IMG/VR virus record: IMGVR_UViG_3300016666_000453
Coordinates: 1 to 34,345 of that record
Source of the DNA: a virus
Lineage: Duplodnaviria; Caudoviricetes
Strand: one strand, 5' to 3'
Length of the DNA: 34,345 nt
This document shows, one piece after another, positions 7,620-16,758 of this stretch (positions within the stretch are counted from its first letter, which is position 1; every line of letters starts with the position of its first letter). The notes beneath the pieces were generated by a model. It searched no databases. It saw only the letters and a list, made by a program, of their open reading frames with translations, and was not told the DNA's origin. A program made the position numbers and the translations under genes.

Positions 7620-9272
7620 TCAGTATTTGATGCAAATCAGCAGGGCTTGGTTAACAGGTCGGGACTCAGTACCACCCGAGGCCCCGACCGAGACAGTGTG
7701 GCTGTGCACCCCAGCATGCTGAACGAGAAGGGTATGGCTGTGCGTGCCCGCATTGCCCATCTGAATCGAGTGCACATGGGCACCGGCGGGCTGGGTCTGT
7801 TGAACGCCGTAGTGACTGTGACCACCGCCGAAATTTCCGCTGTCGAGATTGGTGTAACCCATATTGAGGTTGTGCCGGTGTTCGCCGGCGCTACTGGTGG
7901 TCGCTGTATGGACGTGGTCGCCGGTTGAATGGGTGCTGCCGGCATGGTTATGGCTACCGGATTCACCGATTGAGGCCGTATGAACATGGGAGGCGTTTTG
8001 CCCGGTCTGGCGACTGCCTAAAGCACGGCCCGGATCGATGCCGCGCCCGTCATCAAGGCCTCTGATGAATTCACCGCGACTGTCTCCGATGTTGAATGTG
8101 GTACTGCCGTCTCCCGCACCGTAACGGGTGCCGATAACCGCAAATAACTTGGCATAAACCGTTCGCGAAACGTTGGCGCCATTGCGTTTCAGCCATCCCG
8201 GCGGGGCGGTCTGCATATCGAAACTGGCGACCATACCCACCAAAGAGTCATTGATCTGCTGACTCAATTTTTTCAGAGCAGCCGTCGAGGCCAGGATATT
8301 GCTGCTGTTGGTGGCCGGGTCGTCGCTGATTGCATTGGGCAACTGATCCAGGCCCACATCAGCTTTGGTGGTAGCTCTGGCGCGCAAGGCCTTGTAGTCG
8401 CCATCTCTAGAGGCAAAGTGCTGCACCAACGGTTCGTTGATGGCCTCGAATGACCGTAAATCAGTCACCGTTGCTGAGTTGGGAAGCCTCGCCAGGGGTA
8501 TCAAGTAGTGCTGCACGGCGGCACTGTCCACGTAGTCCGCCAGATCGGCGCCCCACATGACGTGCCATTCAACGTGCGCGCTATTGTCTTGACGCTTCAA
8601 GGCAACGTCCAGCCAGGCGATGGTTGGCAGTGTCTCAGGTACCACCGACAGCACGCTGGCCAGCTCTACCCGAATCCCCTCCAGATAGGCCAGCCCGGGT
8701 TGCAATTGATAAGTACCACCGGCATTCACCAGTTGCAGGCTGTTGCTAAAAAAACACGCCCGGCCAAACACATCTCGATTGGAGCACCGCTCACGCTCAT
8801 CGATATCCTGCAGCCGCACCGTAAAGTCGTGCTGCCAGGTACTGGCATCAACAGTGATAGCTGTCAGCTCTAGGGCACCGTCGAACATCACCAGAAAGTT
8901 GCGTGTAACGTTATTGCCAATCTGGTGCGGCGGGATATTTTTGCGCTTCTGCTGGACGGGCACATAAGCCACCGACAGCAGCACGTTTTCTTTGGTTTCC
9001 AGGCCGATCCAGTTCCAGTCGAAGTCCCCGATATTGCTGCCCATCATCAGGCTGTAGGCCACCTGATTGGGGTTGATAAACCCTTTCTGCGTGTAGGGAG
9101 CAGTAAAGACAAGCTGCTCTGCCGGTGGTTTGGGCGCGTCGCGATCCACAGGTGCTTCAGGGTCTAATTCCGGCACCAGGGCCAGCACAAAGCGTACGAC
9201 CTTTAGCACTTCACCAGCGGCCTGCTTCTGAGCAATCAGGCTTTCCCCGGCTTTGGTAATGGCAGCGGTCAT
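7620..9272 (-). CDS. Tail fibre protein with collar domain and HxH repeats
   Basis: IGDFDWNWIGL anchor region; collar motif APPGWLKRNG..VSRTVYAKLFAVIG..SRGEFIRGLDDGRGID; His-box repeats; ESRPVNQALLICIKY end. Confidence 0.9.
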   Translation of the reverse strand: MTAAITKAGESLIAQKQAAGEVLKVVRFVLALVPELDPEAPVDRDAPKPPAEQLVFTAPYTQKGFINPNQVAYSLMMGSNIGDFDWNWIGLETKENVLLSVAYVPVQQKRKNIPPHQIGNNVTRNFLVMFDGALELTAITVDASTWQHDFTVRLQDIDERERCSNRDVFGRACFFSNSLQLVNAGGTYQLQPGLAYLEGIRVELASVLSVVPETLPTIAWLDVALKRQDNSAHVEWHVMWGADLADYVDSAAVQHYLIPLARLPNSATVTDLRSFEAINEPLVQHFASRDGDYKALRARATTKADVGLDQLPNAISDDPATNSSNILASTAALKKLSQQINDSLVGMVASFDMQTAPPGWLKRNGANVSRTVYAKLFAVIGTRYGAGDGSTTFNIGDSRGEFIRGLDDGRGIDPGRALGSRQTGQNASHVHTASIGESGSHNHAGSTHSTGDHVHTATTSSAGEHRHNLNMGYTNLDSGNFGGGHSHYGVQQTQPAGAHVHSIQMGNAGTHSHTLLVQHAGVHSHTVSVGASGGTESRPVNQALLICIKY

Positions 9273-9811
9273 CGAACAGCCTCCAGCAGCGTGGCGATAA
9301 GCGTTTGCTGATCGTCGTTAAAGTCAGCCACGGCGACGTGCACGGTCACAGGGGTAATGGTCACAAAGTCATAGCGCCGGCAGGTACGGCCGTACTGCTG
9401 CACAATCACGCGCAGCAGCTCCGGGTTGTCGGAAAGCTGAGAGTCGCTGAGCTTGAGCAGCACCACGTCCCAGTCCCGATCGGGCAAGCGTTCATTGATC
9501 TCGACGTACCCCACACCCAGGCGGTGGAGAATCCGCATCAGGCCCGTGGTAGAGCCGGCATCGACTGAGTTGATAAACGCGAAGCCGACCCGCAGGCGGT
9601 ACAAGGTCTCGGGCTCACCACGAAAACGGGTGATGTCCCGCTGCCAGGCGAGCAAGTCGAGAATGCTCAGGTGACATTTCTTGGCGTCCATCTGCAGCAG
9701 TGGCCATTGCATCCAGCCCTCCACCTTTGTCCACCAGGCGTGCGCCGCATTCTTGAGCTTGGTCAGCTCCTGTCCGCTCAGCCAGAACGGCAGCTCGAAC
9801 TTAGGCAGCAA
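9269..9811 (-). CDS. Tail/baseplate protein (P2 gpI-like)
   Basis: LDLLAWQRDITRF motif; lies between baseplate J and the fibre gene. Confidence 0.8.
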   Translation of the reverse strand: MLPKFELPFWLSGQELTKLKNAAHAWWTKVEGWMQWPLLQMDAKKCHLSILDLLAWQRDITRFRGEPETLYRLRVGFAFINSVDAGSTTGLMRILHRLGVGYVEINERLPDRDWDVVLLKLSDSQLSDNPELLRVIVQQYGRTCRRYDFVTITPVTVHVAVADFNDDQQTLIATLLEAVR

Positions 9812-10976
9812 GGATCACCTCCAGGCTTTGGATTCTGGGGATGTTCATTTCTGAAAGGATGTCGGTGTTGGCAAAGTCCAGTGATTCGATCCGGGGGAAC
9901 TGTGCGTGCAGCTCTTCGCCCAAGCGAGAAAAGGAGAAGCGCGACTGGGGCATGGTCAGGGTCGGTTGATAGTCACTGGCGGTGCTTTCGCGAAAAGCTG
10001 CGCGGATGAACTGGCTCACCTGATCTTGCAGTTTTCCCCGCTGCTCGGTGTTCAGGTTTGCCTGTGGCCACAGGCTTAAAACAATGTCGTGCCGGGTTTC
10101 AGGCATGACCATCACCAGCAGGTCGTCGCCGTGGCCATGGTTGCCCTGCTCGCGGATATAGGCGTTGATGGTGACCAGGTATTCGTTAGCAGGCACCCCG
10201 GCCTCAAACAGTACAAAGGCATTGGCGCTACCCGGGCCACGTGGCGCGCCATGCTCAAAAAACACCCCGTCCTGACGTACGCCCGAAAAGTTGGCGATCA
10301 TTGCCCGGTACACCGCATCGGTGTGGTACTGGTTAACCGCCGAGAATTGGTTGCGGGTGCGCAGGCGCAGTTGGTCGTTGGGCTCGCGGTCATCGCCGGG
10401 CGAGGTCAGCCAATGGTCAGTGTTGACCACCTGAATAATGCCCGGTATCGGAACCGGCAGAATGGCGTAGTAACCCGGTGCCAGGTTAAACCCGCCGCCA
10501 GCGCCGATTGCCTCCACCGGAATGGCCAGTTGTAATTGACCGTCGATAAAACGGCCCGGCGCCGTGGTCTGAAGTTCGTAAACATGGCCGTTAATCGCCA
10601 CGGACTGCACGCGGGTGCCCACCTCCACGTCCAGTGGGGCCGCCGCCGAGCTGCGGGTAAACAGCAGCTCACCCGCAGCCTTGGTCGCCTTTTTGCGCTC
10701 GATATTGACCGCCCAAGCGAGCATGTCCAGCCAGTTATCCACAGCCGTTTTGACAAAGAAGTTAGGCAGCACCGTCTCGATCATAAAGTCGACCAGCCAC
10801 AGCACCGGTTTGGTGATCAGCGCTGTGATGATTCGCCAGAACGGCGACCAGGCGCTGGTGTTGCTGAGCTTGCTGCCTTGCTCGATGGCTTCCTGCTCCC
10901 AGGCTTTCTTCAGCTCGACCTCGGTGGTCGGGATACTGGCCTCGCGCAGGGCCTCTTTAAAATCGACGTCACTCAC
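9801..10976 (-). CDS. Baseplate J-like wedge protein
   Basis: TAVDNWLDMLA, GDDREPNDQLRLR and PRGPGSA motifs. Confidence 0.88.
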   Translation of the reverse strand: MSDVDFKEALREASIPTTEVELKKAWEQEAIEQGSKLSNTSAWSPFWRIITALITKPVLWLVDFMIETVLPNFFVKTAVDNWLDMLAWAVNIERKKATKAAGELLFTRSSAAAPLDVEVGTRVQSVAINGHVYELQTTAPGRFIDGQLQLAIPVEAIGAGGGFNLAPGYYAILPVPIPGIIQVVNTDHWLTSPGDDREPNDQLRLRTRNQFSAVNQYHTDAVYRAMIANFSGVRQDGVFFEHGAPRGPGSANAFVLFEAGVPANEYLVTINAYIREQGNHGHGDDLLVMVMPETRHDIVLSLWPQANLNTEQRGKLQDQVSQFIRAAFRESTASDYQPTLTMPQSRFSFSRLGEELHAQFPRIESLDFANTDILSEMNIPRIQSLEVILAA

Positions 10977-11299
10977 AGGCTCACCTTGATATGGCCGAAT
11001 TTCATCGTGGTCGCCGTGATCAAGTACTCGCCTGGCTGAGCCGGATCCGGTTGAATAATCCGTGCCGTACCCGGTACCAACCGCACGTCCGCCTCCACCA
11101 GCAACTCCATCTGCTGAATGCAGTCACGTTGTTTGAGCCGGTCGCGCTCGGCCACCAACGTGACCAGCAAGCCGCTGTCGCGGATCATGTGCGCGATGTC
11201 TTGGGCAATGCTGGCTCGATCTTCGACCAACAAGGGTTGTTGGGATGCGTCGAGCACCAGGTCGTTATGGGCAATCAGCAGATCGATGTAATCACTCAT
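10973..11299 (-). CDS. DUF2590-like (gpW/gp25-like) baseplate protein
   Basis: SIAQDIAHMIRDSGL and VEADVRLVPGT; between tape measure and J. Confidence 0.75.
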   Translation of the reverse strand: MSDYIDLLIAHNDLVLDASQQPLLVEDRASIAQDIAHMIRDSGLLVTLVAERDRLKQRDCIQQMELLVEADVRLVPGTARIIQPDPAQPGEYLITATTMKFGHIKVSL

Positions 11300-13254
11300 C
11301 CGGCCAACTCCATCAAACCCTGCAGGTCGTGGGCAGTCATGGGTTTGTTGGTGTTGTATTCGAATTTCTCGATGTGCGTGCCTTTGTTCTGGGTGCTGTT
11401 GTTTTGAATACTGCTCAGCAGTCCACCTGGCGGCACCGATGTAGCGCGGGTGGGGGATAGAGAAGGAATGACGGCATTGATGGTTTGTTGGGCGCGTTTG
11501 GCCGCTTCAAGGCTGTCCAGATTAGGGCCTGCTGGAAGCTCGCCGAATCGGGCCTTGATGTTCACACCGGGGATGTTGTTGAGCATGGCAATCAGGCCGT
11601 TAATTGCACTGTGAAAGATCGCCACGATGCCGTCCCAGGCTGACCTGGCCATCCCTGACCAGCCGCCCATGGAGTCGAACCAATCGGACAAGGCTGTCAG
11701 TTGTTCACTGACCCACTTGAACGCGACTGTGCCCATCAGTGCGTCGGTCCATTTGTCCCAGAAGTGGACGGCAGCGACGAGCACCGCGACCAGGGCAAGC
11801 ATGCCTAAAACGACCCACGTCACTGGGTTGGCCCACAGCGCCGCGTTGGTCAGCCAGATCGCTGCCTGCCAGAGCAGCATCGCGCCCCTGACCAGAGTCA
11901 TCCAGCTGTAAAGCAGGACAAGGCCGGTCACAAACAGGCCGATCGAAAGAGTGTGCCCAACAATGCGCAAAGCCCCGCGCAGGTGCAGCAGGTTCCACAG
12001 TTTCAACAGGCCGACTTGCCCCACCATTGCCGTGCGCCAGATGCCAAACATGAAGGTCATCAGGGCCACGGCGGCAGTCAGTCCGACGACCGTTAATACG
12101 CCCAAGCCAATGACCCGGGTCAGGTTGGGAAACAGCGAAGTCCAGCGCACGAGTGACGTGCCGCCCGCAGCGAGTCGCTCCATAATGGGGTTCAGCGTGG
12201 GCAATAGCTTTTGGCCGAAGGAAATACGCACCGCCATGATGGCGCTGTCGAAACGCTCCCACGGGTCGGCAATGGTGCTGGCCATTTTTTCGGCCTGCTC
12301 CAGACCTTTGACCTTGCCCAGTTGGTCGATGCTATTTGCCAGATCGCCGGTTTTTGGGAGTAACTGTGTAATCAATCCCATGGCTTGTTTGCCGCCGAAT
12401 GCCTTGCTGATCAGATCAGTTTCTGAAGCATCCAGCTCACCAAACTTGCCGTTCAGTTTGTCGAGAATATCCAGCATCGGCAGCAAACGGCCCTGACTGT
12501 CGGTAAACGACAGGCCAAGCTTTTGCTGTGCCCCGTAGGCTCCGGCCAGAAAGGCACGGTACTTGGTTCCGGCCTCGCCGCCACTCATTGTGGCCTGCAG
12601 CGTACCGAGAATGGCCATCTGTTCTGCGGCATCAATCCCGGCCGAGGCGGCACTGGCGCCCAAGGCGGTAAAAGCATTGCTCATACCCTGGCCAGTGGTC
12701 TTGAACATCTGCACGGCGGTGGCGGTTTGCCCGGTCAATTGCTCGACCCAGGCACCTTTGCCCATGGCGTCAGCCTGCTTTTGGAAGATGCCGTACATCG
12801 TGCCGACGTAGTGGGTGATCGTGCTGGCATCGGCCTTGGTGGCCTTGGCCAACAGGTTGGACGAGTGGGTAAAGGCTGCCAGCTGGGTGCCGGTAAGCCC
12901 GGCGATTGCGCTTTGAATGTCATAGGCCGAACTGACAAACGCCGTGGCGTTCTCGCCGTAAGCGATGCTGAACTCCAGCGATTTTTGATTAAGCAAGTTC
13001 AGCGCATCGGCAGTGACGCCCAGGCTTTGAACTTCGCCCAATGCCGCGACTTGCCCCAGTGCCGGGGCCATGGCTGCCTTCAAGGCAAAGGCAGTACCGA
13101 CCATACCCGCCATACCCACGCCCATTTGTGTAATACCTCGTTGCCCTTGGCTGGCCAAGTCGCTGAAGCTGGTTTTTACCCTGCCCAGTGGCTGGCTGAC
13201 GCGGTCGACCAGGCTGAGGATAAAGTCGAGTTTGCTGGAAACGGATGCACTCAT
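11296..13254 (-). CDS. Tail tape measure protein
   Basis: 652 aa Ala/Gly-rich helical protein with TP901-like core (GEAGTKYRAFL) and hydrophobic ANPVTWVV segment. Confidence 0.92.
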   Translation of the reverse strand: MSASVSSKLDFILSLVDRVSQPLGRVKTSFSDLASQGQRGITQMGVGMAGMVGTAFALKAAMAPALGQVAALGEVQSLGVTADALNLLNQKSLEFSIAYGENATAFVSSAYDIQSAIAGLTGTQLAAFTHSSNLLAKATKADASTITHYVGTMYGIFQKQADAMGKGAWVEQLTGQTATAVQMFKTTGQGMSNAFTALGASAASAGIDAAEQMAILGTLQATMSGGEAGTKYRAFLAGAYGAQQKLGLSFTDSQGRLLPMLDILDKLNGKFGELDASETDLISKAFGGKQAMGLITQLLPKTGDLANSIDQLGKVKGLEQAEKMASTIADPWERFDSAIMAVRISFGQKLLPTLNPIMERLAAGGTSLVRWTSLFPNLTRVIGLGVLTVVGLTAAVALMTFMFGIWRTAMVGQVGLLKLWNLLHLRGALRIVGHTLSIGLFVTGLVLLYSWMTLVRGAMLLWQAAIWLTNAALWANPVTWVVLGMLALVAVLVAAVHFWDKWTDALMGTVAFKWVSEQLTALSDWFDSMGGWSGMARSAWDGIVAIFHSAINGLIAMLNNIPGVNIKARFGELPAGPNLDSLEAAKRAQQTINAVIPSLSPTRATSVPPGGLLSSIQNNSTQNKGTHIEKFEYNTNKPMTAHDLQGLMELAG

Positions 13255-13266
13255 CGCCGGGCCTCT

Positions 13267-14003
13267 TTAATCCTCGGAAGCGTCCAAGCCAGAAAGGCGC
13301 TCATGACAGATCGATACGTTGTGCTCGAGCATTTCACTGCCCAACCATTGATAGCCTTCCAATGCTGCCGCCAGTAGCGTGGTTCCTGACCCTGCAAAGG
13401 GATCGAGAATGACGCCGCCGCGCTCGCAGATCTTGACCACCTCACGCATCAGGGCTGTGGGTTTGCCCGTCATATGAAACTTGTCGACCCGGAGAATGGG
13501 TGACGAAAAACCCCAGGTAATACCGGGGCTTGACGAGAAAGAGGCATGCCTTCCTTGCTCCCCCAAATGATGTACTCGGCTTGTGAACGGAATCGGCCTG
13601 ACTGAGGGCGCACACCTTCGGTCTTGTCCCAGACAGCGATGCCGCGCCACGTAAAACCAGCGGCCTGCAACGCATCGGTAGTCAGCGGGAGCTGTCGCCA
13701 GTCGCTGAACAGGCACACCGGGGCTCCTTGCTTCAGAACCCTGTACGCCTCTGAGAGCCACAACACGTACCAACTTAATTGGGAGCGCTGATCGCGGTTA
13801 TCGCCGATGAACTCTGAAAACACGGTTTTCTGACCGTTTGAGACATATTTTGTAGAAGGTGATTGCTGGCGTGTACCCACATGCAGCCCGCCGCTGGAGT
13901 AGGGCGGATCGGTAATCAGTGCATCTATCGACTGGGCTTCCAGGGTCGCCAGAAATTTTAGGCAGTCGCCTTGGTAAAGCAGATTTTTCATCGGTTCTGA
14001 CAC
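13267..14003 (-). pseudogene. Beta-class N6-adenine/N4-cytosine DNA methyltransferase split by a 1-nt frameshift near 13498-13510
   Basis: N-half (13470-14003) has GDCL and DPPY; C-half in the -1 frame has HMTGKP and LDPFAGSGTT. Confidence 0.85.
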
Positions 14004-14012
14004 TCTCTGTTC

Positions 14013-14207
14013 TTAACCTTTCAACGCCATGGCGATCCCGTTGGCGACGGCCATTTCCATGCGCTTCCAATATTCGTCTTCCAGCCATTTAGCCGTGCCC
14101 AAGTTGTCGGCCGTGGGTTCGTGGCCCGGTAGCCAACGCTCGACCAGCACCATCAATTGGCTCAAGCCGTCCTCGGTCAGTCGCTCTGCGCGGGCGAGGG
14201 CTTTTTT
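14013..14207 (-). CDS. -1 frameshift extension of the tail assembly chaperone (gpGT/E+E'-like), absent from the ORF track
   Basis: After A_AAA_AAG the -1 frame reads KALARAERLTEDGLSQLMVLVERWLPGHEPTADNLGTAKWLEDEYWKRMEMAVANGIAMALKG* (stop at 14013-14015). Confidence 0.8.
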   Translation of the reverse strand, partial: KKALARAERLTEDGLSQLMVLVERWLPGHEPTADNLGTAKWLEDEYWKRMEMAVANGIAMALKG

Positions 14208-14473
14208 ACGACCACTTCCACGTCCGGTGCGTACTCTTCGAGCAGAGCTCCGGCGAGTTGCATGGTCAGCACCGGGTTACGCAACAACGGGCGCAAGTCC
14301 GGCAACTGCTCTGCCTTGACGGTGTTGGTCAGCAGGTTGTTTGACGGCGCCACCTTGTTGCTCGGGGTGACGGCATTGAAGTATTTGGTCACGTCCTGGG
14401 GCACCAACGTGAAGGTAAAGTCGATCTCCCCGATGGTCAGGGTTATATCGCGTAGGCCAGTGATGTCACTCAT
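14177..14473 (-). CDS. Tail assembly chaperone
   Basis: 98 aa with NKVAPSNNLL; upstream of the tape measure and ending in a slippery site. Confidence 0.82.
   Translation of the reverse strand: MSDITGLRDITLTIGEIDFTFTLVPQDVTKYFNAVTPSNKVAPSNNLLTNTVKAEQLPDLRPLLRNPVLTMQLAGALLEEYAPDVEVVVKKPSPAQSD
14201..14207 (-). promoter_or_regulatory. Programmed -1 ribosomal frameshift heptamer A_AAA_AAG
   Basis: In-frame codons GTA AAA AAG near the chaperone 3' end. Confidence 0.85.
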
Positions 14474-14739
14474 GTGCGAATCCTTTTGTGCAGGTTGGAA
14501 AAGTAGGCGTTCAAACAGTTTTCCAGACGCTTTTCAAAGCGGTGCTCCAGCTTCTCCAGGGTCCTGTCGAAGGCCTCAAGGCGCCCGTTATGCTTGGCCA
14601 TCTCGATGCGCAATTCCAGGTGTTCACGGCGTGCCGCACTGACTTGGCGAAACAGATAAATCTGAAAGCCGGCAAGGCCGGTCAAGACCACCTCCGTCAT
14701 CAACAGCATGATGCTGATATGCAGCGGGGTAAGTTCCAT
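14470..14739 (-). CDS. Small protein with one N-terminal TM segment and a coiled coil (lysis-slot protein)
   Basis: MELTPLHISIMLLMTEVVLTGLAGFQIYLF followed by a charged heptad region; TGATG and ATGA coupling to both neighbours. Confidence 0.7.
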   Translation of the reverse strand: MELTPLHISIMLLMTEVVLTGLAGFQIYLFRQVSAARREHLELRIEMAKHNGRLEAFDRTLEKLEHRFEKRLENCLNAYFSNLHKRIRT

Positions 14740-15158
14740 CACGCTATCTCGGGTAGGGCAGGTGGGCGCGGCTGGCCCCAGTTGCCCCGCCCTGCCAGGC
14801 ACACGGCTTTCCACATTAGCCAGGCCAGAAATTGGGACGTACCTTCCTCAAGCAAGGCGTCATAGAAGATCCGATCGGCCTCGCGTTTGGTGAACCGGTG
14901 CGTCAAGTGGGTGTAGATAAAGTCGTGCACCACTGAAGGTCGCCGGGTAGTGGGGCCCAGGCTGCCAACCAATCGACGCGCCAGGCGTGGCATGCTGGCC
15001 AGGTCTGACAGGTAGCCCACTGGCACCACGATCAGTTGCGATGCCAAAGGCTGAAGTCCTTTCGGAGTGTTCAAATAGCGGTAGTACAGTGGCTCAATCA
15101 CCTCCCAGCGGTGATCCCCTGGGCGGTGGCGCAACTCCAGATGACTCTCAAAAGGCAT
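14739..15158 (-). CDS. DUF1353-like protein
   Basis: VPVGYLSDLASMPR, VVHDFIY and ADRIFYDAL motifs. Confidence 0.8.
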   Translation of the reverse strand: MPFESHLELRHRPGDHRWEVIEPLYYRYLNTPKGLQPLASQLIVVPVGYLSDLASMPRLARRLVGSLGPTTRRPSVVHDFIYTHLTHRFTKREADRIFYDALLEEGTSQFLAWLMWKAVCLAGRGNWGQPRPPALPEIA

Positions 15159-15178
15159 AGGTCAGTAGCTCCCGTTCA

Positions 15179-15628
15179 TCAGCGCAGTCCCTCTATCTCA
15201 GTGGCGTCCAGGTACGGCACGCCGTTGATGCGAATAAAGTCCGGGCTGGTGACATCGAACGGCACCTTGTGGGTGGATTTGCTGCCGCCTTTGGGGTCGA
15301 TGTCCAGCAGGCTGGCAATCTTGACCTTGCAGCCGAAAGCTTCCACGCGAAGTTCGTCAGTGGCAGTCTTGGCGAAGAACAGGGTGTCGAAGGGTTCGAG
15401 TTTGCGAAACGAACCGGCGCGCCCCGCCGCTTCGATCAGCAGTGAAAAGTTGGCGCTGTCGAGTTCAAATTCCCCGCTGGCCGCTACGTCGCCGTCCACG
15501 TGGCCATCAGGCACGCCCTTGCTCTGGGCCACCGCGCTGTTGTCGGTAATGTCGAGAGACGCTTTTTCGATATGCACCTGCAGGTCGCCCAAGGTGACGT
15601 CAAAATTCATACCGCTGATACGTGCCAT
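15179..15628 (-). CDS. Tail tube protein (HP1-type, DUF2597-like)
   Basis: RISGMNFDV...FDVTSPDFIRINGVPYL; follows the sheath gene. Confidence 0.85.
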   Translation of the reverse strand: MARISGMNFDVTLGDLQVHIEKASLDITDNSAVAQSKGVPDGHVDGDVAASGEFELDSANFSLLIEAAGRAGSFRKLEPFDTLFFAKTATDELRVEAFGCKVKIASLLDIDPKGGSKSTHKVPFDVTSPDFIRINGVPYLDATEIEGLR

Positions 15629-15631
15629 GGG

Positions 15632-16747
15632 TTACTCCTCGTCTTCCAGAGACAGGTCCAGCGCGATGTTGGCAGTCAGGTCTTTGGGGCAGTTGTACGG
15701 ACGGATCTTTAAATAGGCTTCGATCGTCGTGCGGCTCTTCCACAGCAAGGTGATGTCGCCGTCTTTGGGCGGTTGGATATCGCCGGGGAAGAGCAAACCG
15801 GCAAAAGTTGCGCAGCGGGACATTTCACGTAGCGGGCGCATCAATGCCAGTTTGGTGGTGGCCATGCTGTTGGGTGTGCTGTTGACCTTGCGATCGGCCA
15901 CCATCTGAATCAGCAAGATGCGGATGCGTCGGGCGGCCTTGTCGGCGATGCGAAGGTTTTCCACCACGGTGTAATCGCTGCCCGGTGCGTCCAACATGTT
16001 GGCGTCGCCCCAGAACACACCGGGGTAATCGGGGTAGGTCTGCGGTACCGAAAGACGGTATTTGTCCAATTCGGCCAATGTCGAGGACGGTAGAGGAATG
16101 CCTTCTTTGTCTACCGGCGTTGGGCCCAAGCCAATCAGTGCCCCAGTGGCCACCCGCATCGGGCTATCGGCAATGCTGACCTCGGCGTTGGCCAAACGCC
16201 CGGCAAGCACGCCCAGATTATTGCCGTGCAGTTGCGGCACCACCAGCACGCGGGGCGCAGCGGCCCCGTGGGTAATCTCCATCTGCGCGATGCGGTAAAA
16301 AGCCCAATCCAATGCGGGTGTGATCCCGGCACTGGCGGCCATCACAAATACACGTCGGCCATGGAAATTGTTCATTTTTACAGCGGCGTGATGCATGCTG
16401 AACAGCTCGCCACTGTTGGTCACCGGTTTAGTGATGACCACCGCTTCCACGGAAATATTGGCCTTTTGCGCCACGTCCAAGGCCACTTTCCAGTCGCCAT
16501 CCGAGGCTAAAGGTAAGGCTGCGCATGCCCAACGGCTGCCCCCGTTTGAGCGAGCGGCAGTGATCTGGGTTTTCAGGTCACTGGCGGGCAGCCCCAGCTC
16601 GGTGTCCAGATCGCTTTGGGTATTGAGTGCTAAGAGCTTGCCGACGTTCTTCGACGCTGGGCCAATAAACAGAAAATAGCGCTCGATCTCTGTCACCGGG
16701 CCTTGGCCCAGGTTGAGGTTATTGACGCTGACTTTGCCTTGAGCCAT
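15632..16747 (-). CDS. Tail sheath protein (HP1-type, DUF2586-like)
   Basis: VSVNNLNLGQG..IERYFLFIG, IADSPMRVATG and PYNCPK motifs. Confidence 0.88.
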   Translation of the reverse strand: MAQGKVSVNNLNLGQGPVTEIERYFLFIGPASKNVGKLLALNTQSDLDTELGLPASDLKTQITAARSNGGSRWACAALPLASDGDWKVALDVAQKANISVEAVVITKPVTNSGELFSMHHAAVKMNNFHGRRVFVMAASAGITPALDWAFYRIAQMEITHGAAAPRVLVVPQLHGNNLGVLAGRLANAEVSIADSPMRVATGALIGLGPTPVDKEGIPLPSSTLAELDKYRLSVPQTYPDYPGVFWGDANMLDAPGSDYTVVENLRIADKAARRIRILLIQMVADRKVNSTPNSMATTKLALMRPLREMSRCATFAGLLFPGDIQPPKDGDITLLWKSRTTIEAYLKIRPYNCPKDLTANIALDLSLEDEE

Positions 16748-16758
16748 GGGAGGCCTCG

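Noticed and set aside
6903-9272. Invertible tail-fibre cassette or diversity-generating retroelement
   Set aside because: No invertase, reverse transcriptase, second fibre end or template repeat seen.
12523-13377. Long antisense ORFs (e.g. 12523-13377, 19391-20218, 21314-22090, 32026-32628)
   Set aside because: Shadow frames opposite GC-rich phage genes, without motifs, unlike the nested MTase frame that carries a needed catalytic motif.
14470-14739. Confident holin or i-spanin call
   Set aside because: A single TM plus coiled coil is compatible but not diagnostic, and I found no lipobox o-spanin partner.
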